Origin: Takakia lepidozioides
Taxonomy: Eukaryota > Plantae > Bryophyta
DNA: 64,000 nucleotides
Direction of reading: 5' to 3'
NCBI GenBank assembly: GCA_030704615.1
Contig: CM060734.1
Span: 56,172,001 to 56,236,000 of the forward strand
A program made the translations under genes and the position numbers. The stretch's first letter is position 1, and each line of letters opens with the position of its first letter. Shown in pieces: positions 14,521-26,815 of the stretch. The notes beneath the pieces are model-generated. The model did no database searches. It saw only the letters and a list, made by a program, of their open reading frames with translations, and was not told the origin of the DNA.

Positions 14521-15769
14521 ATCAATCCTCACATGACCATAAACCTTTATGGGTGGACATTTAAAGGCTGTCACTATTCAACTTCAATTTGAGATTCTCC
14601 GGAGCAAGATTCGGTCCAGATGGTCCTCATGTTTCGCTGGCCATTCCAATTTACTCCACGCGCCAACTTGGATATTGTGACGCCGATTACGCATATTTCC
14701 TTAATGTTGCAGCAATACAGACGTATGCTGCGTAATGGAGAATTCAGTGGCACCTCTCTCAGGTATTGGTATCTCTACCCTTTCTTCGAACAAATAGCGA
14801 TTTGGTATGTTCCCGATGTCGAGGTTCTGAATATAGGTTGTAGCAGATGAATAACAAGACTACGCCAATCATGGAGGATGCAGGTAGCTTGTAGTGTTAA
14901 GTTGTAGTTCTTTCAAGCTATGTCGTTTGGTAGTCTTGTTGATACTAGCATTCTTAATACTCAGTGCAGGTGGAGCACTATCTGCGTATCTACGTGCTTG
15001 TCGAGGTCATCAATTAATGGTAGAACACTTAGAAATTCGCATCCGCAGACCTCCATCTTCATGGTGATTTTGGCACTTTGGAATGCGGTGATGATGGGGA
15101 TTCTAGTTCTTCTTGGGAAGAAATGAATTGTCAAGCATTGATACCAGTGGAGTGATGGCTGTAAAACATGCGGAGCGAGTATCAACAATAAACTAGTGGT
15201 CTGGTCTACATCCTTTTATCCAAAACCTAATTCGTTTGTGCATTGATATCAACCTAGGTATCTCAGATCCGGGACCAGGCTGGTCTGTTCTTTAATGATA
15301 CCATGGTTGATGCTAGACCAAACACTGGAACATACAAATACAATACCATCTTCATGGAATCTATTTGTGGGAACCGAATCTTGTGGTAACTATGCCAATG
15401 TCTTTAGGTGGACTATGTTTCATTGACATCTCTCGAATCCTGAGGCACATACGAAACTAAAATTAAATGGATATATATCTATAGATATAGAAAAGATTTT
15501 GAAAATTTTAGAGAATTGCGCGTGTATAAAAGCCCAAAGATAATTAAAAAAAGACAGTGACGCATGATGCTACCAACACATTTGTGACCTTCGATAAAAA
15601 CCCTAGTTACATCTACAACATGCTCATTTTGCCGAGCTCCGAAACACCTAAAACTACTAACACCGCCACATGAACACTAACACCACATCAAAGCTTGGAT
15701 ATAGAGCACTAGGTGCCCCACCCAGACGATTCTACATTCAAATACTTGTGTGTGGCAATATATTATTCT

Positions 15770-16230
15770 TCCGGGCGGGGCCACGTGTCTATGGCGAGGA
15801 CTTTGTGCCCGGGCTAAAAAAAACAAGTGCAGAAAAGAAACAGTAACTAATTTTACTTATCTATTTATTTTTAAATGTTAAATGTGATTAGGTTAGCATA
15901 AACTAGCCAAGGGAGATTAGGTTAATACGTTATTACCCACTCCACGCTAAATACGACCCCCAGTTAAAATCTTGGACTTTGTCGGCCCGGAAGTCGGGTG
16001 ACTGACACGTGGCAACGATCGCAGAACATTCCCCGGCAAGCTCCGGCGAGTTGACCAGAGTAACGATAAACCGGGGCGTTGGTTAGCCAAGCGTGCGAGA
16101 GTGTTCGCAGAGCGTGTTTTGTGGGCTGCTTTGCACAGCGACTGTCATCTCCCCACTGTAGCTGCCCCCCTCCCTCATATCTTTCTTTCTTGCCTTCCCC
16201 ACCACCATCTCTCTGCGGTCCCATGCTAAT
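15770..16230 (+). promoter_or_regulatory. Putative SPL-A promoter with two G-box/ABRE elements and a TGTCGG auxin response element
   Basis: GCCACGTGTC 15780-15789, TGACACGTGGCA 16003-16014, TGTCGG 15980-15985, CT-rich patch about 16150-16230; CpG-rich relative to flanks. Confidence 0.5.
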
Positions 16231-17207
16231 CTCTCACCGTGCCACGGCTTTGTGATGCCAGTTTACAGATTTGCGTTTAGCAGTGAGACGGATTCCGTGG
16301 CAAAGCTTTGAGCTTTGCGAACTAAAGTATGCGGTTGTGATTGAGAGTGAGGGTGGAGGAGCTCCAGATAGTAAAGCTGGGTAGGGGGAGAGGGAGAGAG
16401 AGGAAGAAGGGTGATGGAGATGACGTCCAGTATGCATACTGTTCGGTGGACCATGTGAGCTTGGTGGGATGAAAGTGTCTAGCAGCTCATTAGGTTGGTA
16501 AGCGGTCTTCTTGAGGAATCGTTGTGGTAGATTCGCTCTAGACCATTGCATAGCTCTGGCAGCGGATTACTACTACCCCTGCCAAGCTGTGTGTCAGTCT
16601 CTCGTTCGGGTAACTGAAAGTTGAGAGTGGAGAAAGAAGTTCGGAGAGAAGGTGTCAGTAGGCCTTGTTGGTGGTTTCGGAGTGGGAGATGGAGAGAGAC
16701 GCCTCCTCGAAGGCCGCCGTGCCTTCAGCGACCAGCTTTGCAGGGTGCACAGGTATACACAGCAAACTTCTGTGAGTTTGGAGAGTGACAGTGTATTGTT
16801 ATTGCGAAGCCTTCAAAATGTTGCCAGGAAGTCGTTGACTGTGCATGAGCACTAGAAGCCAAATTTGGGCTGAGCATTCATTCCCTGGTTCGGTTTGAGG
16901 GTATGTCTCGCTCTGCCTTCCCGGTTATCGTACGGCCAATGTTTATAGAAGATGACTATCTGGCCTCGTTCCAACCAAGTTTACTGAGCCATTTCCATGC
17001 AAGTGAAGCAGTTAGCTGCAAGAAACTTTGAGTGGAGCCAATCTGAGCATTCTAATCTTTTGCATGCATGCCTTGTCTTCCTCATCATCTATCCCTCAGT
17101 CGCTCTTTCCCACTTCTGATTTTGTTTGTCATCCCGCCTCTGGTAGCAGATTCTCCTCTAGTCTCGAAACAGCCAAAGCTAACGGTCATTTTCCCACAGT
17201 TGGAAGC

Positions 17208-20200
17208 ATGGAGTCTTTGAGAGCAAGCCATCGTCTTTCATATGCACGGCCGCACGACATGACCCTTAATCACACGAACATGAGTGGAGGAGTTCCAAGC
17301 CCCCCTGAAAATTGCTGGTCTACCTCAGCTTGGGATAATCACGCTCCGACTGACGCAGGACGCATGGAGGAGAGTGCGGGAGGAGACTACAACACTGGCC
17401 GCATGGACTGGGATATCAAGTCCCATCCCTGGGACTGGGAGAACATCACGATGGTCTGCGGTGGCCGTTCGGGAGAGGGCCGCAGGTTGCCGGCGAGTGA
17501 GTGGGGGATCGGTGGATGCGCTGTTGTGACAGCTGATACCCCTGGAGGAGGAAGTGCTCCTTCTAAAGACTTTGGCTTTTCCATCAGTCTTGCATCAGAG
17601 ACCAGTGCTCCTTCAGGAGTTTCTTCCGTCTCATCAGGCATCCCAGGCTTGGCAGCGAGCAGGGGAGGTGGTGAGCACGACTTCTCATTGGTGAAGTGTG
17701 AACCGGACCTGGAGCAGGGAGGAGACGAGTCAGGTAGTGGACCCACTCTGACCACGTCTGAACAGCAGAGAAGGCTTTTTCTGGGGCTGGCGGCACCTCC
17801 TGGCCCTGATCTCTGCGAGGGGGGCCAAGGAAATGGAGCTGATGAGAATAAGCCCTCAGAATGTCACAGCAATGGGGGAAATGCAACACATGTGGTATCA
17901 GGGGATTCTTTGATGGGTTTGAAGCTTGGTAGACGCATCTACTTTGAGGACTCAGGAGGGGGTGGAGGAGGGCAGAAGGGAGTTGCGTCCTCATCTTTCA
18001 ATGCGTCACCTGCCTTAAAGAAGCAACGTTCGGCCTCTCCTGGTATGCAAGTGCCGAGGTGCCAAGTAGAGGGGTGCAAGGCTGACCTAACTCCAGCTAA
18101 GGACTATCATCGACGCCATAAAGTGTGTGAAACGCACTCAAAGGCCTCAAAGGTCGTGGCTGCCGGCCTAGAGCAGCGTTTTTGCCAGCAATGTAGCCGG
18201 TGAGCTAACGATGTTGCCTACAATTCTTGCCATTCTTGTCTGCCTGTTCCACCTCGGTCTCGGAGTCCGATTTCTGACCTTAGAACTGATGACTGTAGGC
18301 TATAACTTTACAGGCTATCCCCTCGTTGTGTGTAGTGCGAAGCATGTCACTCACAAGCGTTTGGGTCTTGGAATTTAATGCATTCAGTCGCTTCTGTCAG
18401 TGTATCCAGGATTTTTGAGGGATTTTAGGAGGGTTTTTGTTCTCAAACAGTTTGCCTCCGTCTGATGCATGCATGACTACACCAACAAATGTACGGGCTG
18501 TCAACGTTGCAGAATCAGAAGACTGATTGTACAGTTGTGGCATGTTGTATTTCAGTTTCTCTTTTGGTAGGAGTTACCGTGTCCCTGATTATCGAGTTCT
18601 GAAATCAGGAATACTCACATGTCTCTCATGTCACGTTTCCCTCCCCATATTTTTGGAAGTTTTGAATACGAAATTATGCACACTAGTACGACTTATTATT
18701 CAATCCTGACCTACACACGTAACTTCTTTTGGGAATAGAGCTGGCTGGTAAGTTCACCATGTACAGAGGTTGTGAAGTGACTGATTCCTCCCAACTTATG
18801 TTCCTTTTAATCTTTGGTTACCTCTCAAATGTGAGCTCGGAGTTCATGCTTCTCACATTCATAAATATTTCTCCTCAACAATATACATGTGAATTCTCTG
18901 CTACCATGACTTTTTGACTTTGGACGAGCTTTCTTTTTCTGAATCTTTCATTCTATGTTGCTACATAGGAAATTTCTTGCACCAATTAGTGAGCTCTTTC
19001 TTGATTGGATTTGTCAGAGTTTCCGTTAGAGGGAAGTAGAAGCTGGAGGTAAGGCAGCAAGTAGCGGACTTGCAATTTCGATTTCTATTTTCTTCATGTT
19101 TCAAGCCTAACTGTTGGGTTTGAGGATGGTTTAGGTTCCACGTCTTGGCAGAATTTGATGAAGGAAAACGCAGCTGTCGCAGAAGATTGGCAGGACACAA
19201 CGAACGTCGGCGAAAGCCACATCCGGATATAGTCTCCACAACTATTGGAAGCTCATTACCTCTTCACCGTGATATTAGCGCTCATTTGTCTTGCCTGGCG
19301 GGTGATGGTAAGCGTCAATACCGTCTCTTCCTGCCATGTCTGGGTTGTGTTTGATCTGTGAGAGAAGGGCAAGTGTTTATGTGGCTGTTTTGTTTCTTAA
19401 GATTTCAGGTCACATCATAAAACCATTGTGGCTGGTGGTGTTGATTCCTCACCTCTCAAGAATTAAGTGAGCTGGATGTGTCACCTAAAGGAGTATCCTT
19501 TCTGCTGGTGGTTCAGTGTTTCTAGAAATGTCAGGTGCAGAATGTCACTGGTATACATCTCACAGACTACTGACTGATTTATAAACTTTAGGTGCCAATG
19601 ATTTTGTGAGTGTGATCTATGTTATTGGAACCTTCTTATGTTCTCAGATACTTCAGCTGGATAATTGGACCTTATCTAGTAGGCATCCACCTGTTTGTTG
19701 CGCTATTGCTTTCTCCGTGCATTGTAAAAAGTGAGATTCTGAGTATAATTTTTTTGTAGGTGCAGTATACGTACACAAGTGTGGGGTGCCTTAACCCTCT
19801 CATGTCCGTTAAGTGCCAGATGCCCTACTGAAATTGATATTCCTCGCGCTTTGACTTGCAGACGACAAGGCGTCTAGCAATAGCAACAGTCTCCTGGAGC
19901 ATTCATGCTATCTGTCTCGAGGGACAGGGTCCTCAAGCACATCCCTTGAAGATTCTGATGATCACACACACCCATACAGGACCAATTTGAAGCTTACTTC
20001 AGGTGTCCCTTGGTCAAGGATGGGTACAATGGATGATGAATCTGGGCTTGGCTGCCAAAGCTTGCAGGTTAATGGCGTTCTCTGTTAAAACTCCTAATTG
20101 ATGTTAGAACTTGACCCTTTCCCTTTCCGTTCACTTCACAAATATATGATCTGATAGAGTTCTTGTCAGTCCTTTAGAGCAGGCTCCCTGGTTATCTTAA

Positions 20201-21704
20201 CAATTGTTGACCGTTACCTTAGCATATGCCAACCATTTTTCTGATTTCTCTGTATAGACTTGTGAAAGTGTAGTTCTCTTATGCAATGATGGCTGCAGCA
20301 ACAAAACCACAGTTATCCTCCCTAAGGGGCAATGTCTTTGGGACAAGGCCTTTTAAAGACCATGTCCCAAGTGCTTCCTATCTTTGTACAGAGTAAGGGT
20401 ATTGCCCTGATTTGCTTTATGACATGTATTAGACAAGGCCTATGAACCATGTCAAGAAAAGCCCCTTGGTGTCACACTGTCAAAACAAGTCAGCCCCCCT
20501 TCTGTCAGTTTGACGTGAGAGACTGAGAGTCTTGAGCCTCCTTAATGCCACACTATCAGCTTGGTAAAGATTGTCTCGGGGAAGTCTTGTGCTCAGTGTC
20601 GTAACATATCAAACTTACTAGTGAGATAAGATTTGGTAGGACTGAGAAGAAGCATAAAGTTTAGACTTGAAATGGTCATGAGCTTTTGTATTTAGGGACC
20701 AGACTTCATTAAGTAGTCCCTCTTTCCTCAGCTTACCACTTCAACCAGTGATCTTGAGCTTTGTTGACTTGCAGGCTGCAAACTCTGACAGGCAACAATC
20801 CATCTTTTCGACACTATCTGGCCCAACAGCTGATCGTCTGCTTATGCTACTCCAGAGTCCAAAGGGGCAAATGGCAGCTCCTCATGTGTCAATTGGAAAT
20901 GCTGGAAGTCCTCACCAATTTTTGCAAGGAACTCCTGGGGCCCATCTAGGACAAGGCTTAACGCTAACCCCCTCCCTAGGTGGTGGAGGGGTTGTGGGGA
21001 GTCTAGAACATGAGGGACCTAGGAGACCCTCCTCCCAGGGTCTTTCCAATGTTTTGGGACTCTCCAACTCAAGTCGTGCTCTCTCTCTTCTGTCATCACA
21101 GTCGTGGGCCCCTCGCCCACACTGTGTGTCTGGACCGGATGCCCTTGATCTCTCCCAGGCTAATGTGACTCTGGAACAATTCGTGGCTAGTAATGGTGAC
21201 AACAGTAACTACAATCGGGGCCCAATTTCTCAGCGCTTGCAGATCTTGCCGACAGTGGGATCCCCTGCACGGAACCAGCAACCACACGATCAGTTCTCTG
21301 CACTAGAAAAGGTCTTCCCCATGCATTCTAGAGATTTGGGGGTTGATGGTGGGCTTACAGATGGGGCAAGCCATCGGTATAGGGATAGTGAGGATCATCA
21401 CCGCAACGGTAGTAGCAATAGTTTACTTTCAGGTCTGGGTGGATTTGAAGGTGCGCATTCTATGGTGGGGTTTCTACATCCAGGCCATGAATTTCGGGGT
21501 CTCTCTATGGTGGCAGGGGACTGCCACAATTCTCGCCACACTATTGATCTTATGCAGGTGCCCTCTTCCCAGGTGCATGGAAACTCCGCAGTCTCTCATG
21601 GAGGTGGACATTCTCAGTCTCATCTATCCTCAAGTGGACAGTATGCAGACTTCACCTCTCTCAGACCTATTGAGTCTTCTGTATTCAGTGCACAGCAGCT
21701 CTAG
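17208..21704 (+). CDS. SPL: SBP-box (SPL) transcription factor, miR156/529-targeted clade (SPL-A), about 766 aa
   Basis: Exons 17208-18199, 19135-19307, 19862-20067, 20775-21704, all GT-AG and in frame (2301 nt). SBP domain [28 protein letters not shown]|[27 protein letters not shown] split by the conserved intron; GLKLGRR motif upstream; ALSLLS motif in the last exon. Start ATG inferred after a 5'UTR intron (donor near 16901, acceptor 17149 or 17199). Confidence 0.93.
21071..21095 (+). promoter_or_regulatory. miR156/miR529 target site in SPL-A coding sequence
   Basis: AAGTC-GTGCTCTCTCTCTTCTGTCA: canonical miR156 site (21076-21095) overlapping a miR529-type site; encodes RALSLLS. Confidence 0.95.
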
Positions 21705-22199
21705 AGGGCATGATCCCTTCTGAGACAAACCTTGCAAGTTGTGTTGAAATTGAAAGTTTGCTTTTATATTCCTTCAACTGCAAACTTTCCCTTTTTATAG
21801 CGATCTTAAGGTAATATTTAGCTGACAGACTAGTTTTTTTGGTCTTTTGCCAGCGTTCCTCAATTGTGTTTCCACTCTGCCATTCATATTAACTCTTGAT
21901 GTGGAGTTGTCTCCAGAGACCACAGTTACAGTTTATAATCTAGATGAGCAAGTGTGAGGTTAGATGTTTGTTGCAACTCCAAGATTGTCACCTTTCTTCA
22001 GAAATAACCTGCTTTATGACAATGACAACTCTGTAGCTGAGTGTATGTGAGATAGCAGGACGTATACATATATATAGACATTGGGGAAACTTGGGGATTG
22101 GCCCTCTAAAGAGTAAGTTCAGCTCAGGCGAATAGTGTCCTGGGTTCAAATCAGTGTTTTTTTTTCAAACTTGAAGAATAACAGGAGTGAACACGAAAC

Positions 22200-23180
22200 C
22201 ACCTGATTTTTTATTTTTTCTTGGAATGGGACGGAGGCTCTTTTAATCAAATTAATAAAGAAAGAGGTACAACAGGGTGGAAAAAAATAACCACCTAGGA
22301 GGTCTTGGGACAGAGGGGGAATCACCCTGCGACCAAGCCAACAAGGCTGAAATACCAGAGATGCAGAAAAACACTCTCTAACCAGAAAGGCGAAGTAGCA
22401 GAAAGCTGCAGGTGAGCCCAAAACAATGGCTGAAGAAGAAAGCGTCCAAAATCTCAAGGGAAAGAAGCCATAATCACCCGCAGCCATGAGCCTACAGCCA
22501 CTGCCTGAAGCCACATCCTACTGGCTTGTGCCAGAAGCTATTACTGCAAGCAGCAAGCCAATAGCGATGTCTGCTAGATGCTGTAAATTGAGCTAAGCTG
22601 CAGGGTGCACCGAGAAGCGAGCCAGAATTAGAAGTTCAGCTGGGTCTTGAGTGCAGGCTCCCTAGATCGTTTGTGTCGCCAGTGGTAGTCCCTATCATCA
22701 CCATCACCTGGGGACGGTGTCTTCCCATCGAACTGAGTTGGAATTTCTGGAGCCGAGCAAGCCGCCCTTGCACCAGGTGTGATCGAAATCTTGGAGGAGC
22801 CGAGCTCTGCGTTCTTTGGAAGACTTGGGAAAGTTGCACACAGATATATCCATGCCTTCCTCCCCTCAGTCATCACATCACGATACAAATTAAACAAGAT
22901 TGTTCTGATGCTGGGTCTCTTCCGCTGCAGCGGCATGATGCGGTAGCATTGGACTGACCGGGTGAGTGGCCCTGGTTTCCCGTGGTACTTACTTACACAG
23001 GCATCTGTTAAATTCCAGAGTGTGTGACAAGCCCAGATTGGGCAGGTCAGCAGGGTCTAGGCAGGATATTAATCAGAAAGAAAGACGGGGCAGAAGGAAG
23101 CCTATTCCACTTGGAGTAGAAGCGAATGACAGCACGCAGGTGATGTGAGCAGTGGGACAAAGAACCAAACAATGCTCCCG
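22200..23180 (-). mobile_element. 3' fragment of an L1-type LINE
   Basis: A-rich tail on - strand at about 22205-22220, T-rich 3'UTR, degenerate C-terminal ORF. Confidence 0.35.
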
Positions 23181-23185
23181 ACATA

Positions 23186-24665
23186 GAGCCCGGTTCCATG
23201 GGCACCCGCAAGCCCCCCCATGAATCGCCCCTAGGATTTACGAGGCGCGACCGCGCAAGTGGTCGAAATAAGATATTCCATAAAAGGCGCCCCCCTTCGC
23301 CCCTTCCAAAGCGATCCCTTCACAATGGGCGATCGAGTTTCGTGGGGCCTAACTGACACCTTTACAGCGGGGCGCAACCTTAAATAATAATACCATTGAT
23401 TTTCATCCAGGAAGTTAGATTTTAGGAGAGGGAATGATTTTTGACATTTCCATCCAAAACTTATATTAATTGTCAATTATTATGTCATGGGCCCACCACA
23501 ATTGGTGCCAAAGACTTCTAGAGGGCTGAATGGAAAGCTGTCCATGGAACCACCCCTCTCATTTTTAACCCCTAAACGCCGAGCCGACCCGAATCGGGTC
23601 GGCCCGATTTTTCATCCATCTGTAGCATGCACGGATGAAGTCCGATGAACGAGCGGCTTGAACGAAAAATGTAGCGCGGAACGAACTGCACACGCAGGTC
23701 TTTATGGTGACCCCAATAGAGAAAAACTCCGCCGTCAGGAATTTCTTGAAGTTTTGAAATTGCAGGATTTTGGGTGGAGGGGGGGGGGGGCATGGCAGTT
23801 GACCGTCGACGTGGCAGGTGGCAGCGGCCACGCGGGTGGGGGGGGGGGGGGGGAATGCAGGGGTTGGAGTCGGGGGCTTGTGAGGCCCTCCCCAAAACGC
23901 TGAGGAACAGGGGACGGCTCGAATGAGCTGGCCCTGCCAAATAATGGGAAACCTCGACGTGGCCCGGAAAACGTCGCCGGATTCAGGCGAAATTCCGGCC
24001 ACCGATTGCCTGACCTGGAGGAGGCCGGAAATTTCACAAAATCCCACATCCCAAATGCAATTTAGGGAATTTTTGGGAAATTCTTGGGCAGGCTTGTGTA
24101 GTTCTTGGCCTATGAGGGACTGACCGTTGGAATTCCCAAATGAAGGAGAATGTGGGGTCCCAATTGGGCCTATACCATTTTCTTTGCAAATTCTCTTTTT
24201 GGACCCCATTCCAGTCACATACAAAGCACCCCCCCTTTCATTTTGGCAGATTGGGGTGAAATTTGGTGTGAGGGTTTGGGATTGTGCACTTCACAGGAAT
24301 ATAGCACTTTTTCTCCCAGGAAAATTTGGGATCATGGATAATTTGCTTGGTCAAACTTGAATTTTTTCTCTGTTTTTTCCATTTTCAAAAAAATGCACCG
24401 TCTTCAAATGTTATAATCTCCCAAACTACACGGTGGAATCTCCCTAAATTTGGGGGGCTTGTGCATCTTGTAGGTAGGAAGCAGTTTGTACGGTTCATCC
24501 ACAAGGATGAACGTTGGTGGGCAGGTAGCCACTGACGTGTGAGGGTGGGTCCCGGAATTGTCCAAAAACCCAAAAACACCTCTCGTCCTATAGGGTTAAG
24601 GGCCGATTCCTTCATGGGGCCGCCCCCTTGGGGGTGCACTTGGGAGTGCCCATGGAACCCAGCTC
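23186..24665. mobile_element. Non-autonomous TIR element (PIF/Harbinger-like termini) enclosing a younger insertion
   Basis: Left GAGCCCGGTTCCATGGGCAC; right end reverse-complements to GAGCTGGGTTCCATGGGCAC. Confidence 0.55.
23569..24595. mobile_element. Non-autonomous piggyBac-like DNA transposon
   Basis: TTAA|CCCCTAAACGCCGAG...CTCGTCCTATAGGG|TTAA; subterminal palindrome GCCGACCCGA-A-TCGGGTCGGC; a second diverged right end finishes at 25288 (GGG|TTAA). Confidence 0.6.
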
Positions 24666-25444
24666 TTAGTGGCAATCCTTTGGATGAATTGACACCAATA
24701 TTACAGTTATTCTTTTTTGATTTTATCATTATAACTAATTTGTCGCACATAGCTTCATGAAGAATGTCAAGTTACTTATTGCTAAAATATAGATTTCAGG
24801 TATTCATGAAGGTAAAAACCTAGATACAAACATTAATTGTTAACATTGGGGTATGGACGTAGCAGTGTTGATCTTAATAGAGCAAATTTTGGTATTTTAG
24901 CTCCCTAAATTCACGTTCAAAGCCCCACCCATATTTTGATCTGTCACTTTGAAGTTTTGAGAGAATACCTGCTATCTGCCACTAATGGTCAATGTGGAGG
25001 CCGTGCATCCAAGAAAAAGTTGCAACTTGCAGAATTTCCTTGGTCAAATGAAATTTTGTGATACAATTTTCATTTCGGTTCCAATTTGTGTCATTGTTTT
25101 TTCTTATAGTCTCCCAATTAGAACGGTGAAATTTGCCAAGACTTTGTGAGAGGGTTCATGTCGTCAGCATGGATGAGTTTCTACGGTTCATCCATGTGGA
25201 TGAATGGCAGTAGGAAGATATAGCTAGGCACATCAAGGTACATATGATTTTGGCCCAAAAGTCTAAAACTTACCTCATCCTTTAAGGGTTAATATATAAA
25301 TGATAACCGATTCTTAGTACATAATAGTTGAAACATCTTACATAGATATATTTAACCTATCCTAATGATCATAAAGGTCAAACAATGGTGAAGTGTACAT
25401 ATAACTTGAATTTCAAAGGTTATGTACAAGGTTATTTGGAAATG

Positions 25445-26023
25445 TGCTTCTCATTTAACAATAATAGGGTCATGAATGCCCGCACATGTGGTTGCGGCGG
25501 GCCCGCGTGTGGTAGGGTCATGGAGGTGTGCGGGCCCCTCCTACCCGGACCCGCCAATCCCCGCCAGTCTGTCTGCTTGCCGGGTCTGCCCGGCAAGCTG
25601 GTCTACTGGGGCCCACAATATGCACATAAAGCATTAGCTATTGCAAGGGTTTGTAGTAAGTGGTGGGTAGTGTGGTGGTTAAGAGCATTGAATGATATAC
25701 ATGAGGTATGGAGTTGAAATCTCGTTACGTCGTATTGTGGCAGTAATGTGTATTATTAAATATATATTTTGTCGAAGGGTAAGCCAGTCTGCTAGAGGGG
25801 GGTTTGCCCAGTTTGCTGGAGAGGTGCCAGTCCGCTCGTCGGTCTGTTGGAGGGTCTGCCCAGTCCGCTAGAAGGTCCGCCACGGTAGATTAACAAGGAC
25901 TTAGAAAAATTTCAGAATCTCGCCGACCCGGTGAATGGGCTGTGGGCTTATGAGCTCACCCAAGGGTCGTACTGGCGGGGCCGCCTGTGCATTCATGACC
26001 CTATTATTAAACAATGAGAGGCA
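25445..26023. mobile_element. MITE with 20-bp perfect (about 35-bp imperfect) TIRs
   Basis: AATAATAGGGTCATGAATGC (25460-25479) and GCATTCATGACCCTATTATT (25989-26008); subterminal gtc(t/c)gc repeats. Confidence 0.75.
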
Positions 26024-26085
26024 TTAATTATTAGTGTTAATCATTGCAGGGCAAACATTTATGTCCAGCCCCTCCCTACTATCTA

Positions 26086-26116
26086 CTAGTGTGGCATGTG
26101 CCGTCGTCGAGCACAT
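26086..26116 (-). mobile_element. Helitron-like 3' terminus
   Basis: - strand ATGTGC-loop-GCACAT hairpin followed a few nt later by CTAG|T. Confidence 0.4.
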
Positions 26117-26204
26117 ATTATAAGTATTTCACCTACAAAAAATTAATGTAAACGCTGATATTCATAGCATTTTGATTCAACTCCGCTATTGGGCAAATTT
26201 CACC

Positions 26205-26815
26205 CCTTGGAAGATAATGGGAATAATGTAAGAACTTAATGTACATGTGCAACCTCTGACAGGATGGTACGCCGGTTCTCGGCATGTCAAATCTTCCCCA
26301 CCCTCTCTTGAGAGTGACATGGAACTGAAGGAGTGTAAGCTCCAATCGGGGTTACACAAGGTCTGTAACTCCACTTGGGGTTACAATGGGTTACACGACG
26401 AGGTGTGTAACGCAACTCGGAGTTACACGGAATGGAGTGTAACTCCACTCGGTGTAACTCACACTTGGTCTCGAAATCTGACTAATTGGCTGAAATATAA
26501 AATGGACCAACCAGAGTTACATCAGAGACCGGGGGTTACAGAAAGTTACGCTGATTCAAATACCGATTACAGACAGGAGGCTCCCATCAAGAATCAAAAC
26601 CGGAACCTCGCTGCCTACAATGCTATCACCTTTCCGTCATGCTACCCACATGAAACCCATTTGGATTGTTAAGTATTTAATAGTGAAACCGAGGTGAGAG
26701 GGGATGGGGAGAATTTGACACGGGCCTGCTGGAGGAGCCCACACGGCCGTGAAAGTATCGTCAGATCGCATCCGTCCATTAAGTTCTTACATTATTCCTA
26801 TTGTCTTCCTCAGCC
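26205..26815. mobile_element. Foldback/MULE-like element with long imperfect inverted arms
   Basis: ggaagataatgggaataatgtaagaacttaatg inverts to cattaagttcttacattattcctattgtcttcc; tgtcaaatcttcccca/tggggagaatttgaca; internal GTTACA/TGTAAC array. Confidence 0.65.

Noticed and set aside
17028-17207. N-terminal extension of SPL-A given in the ORF track
   Set aside because: TTG start in pyrimidine-rich, intron-like sequence ending in AG acceptors.
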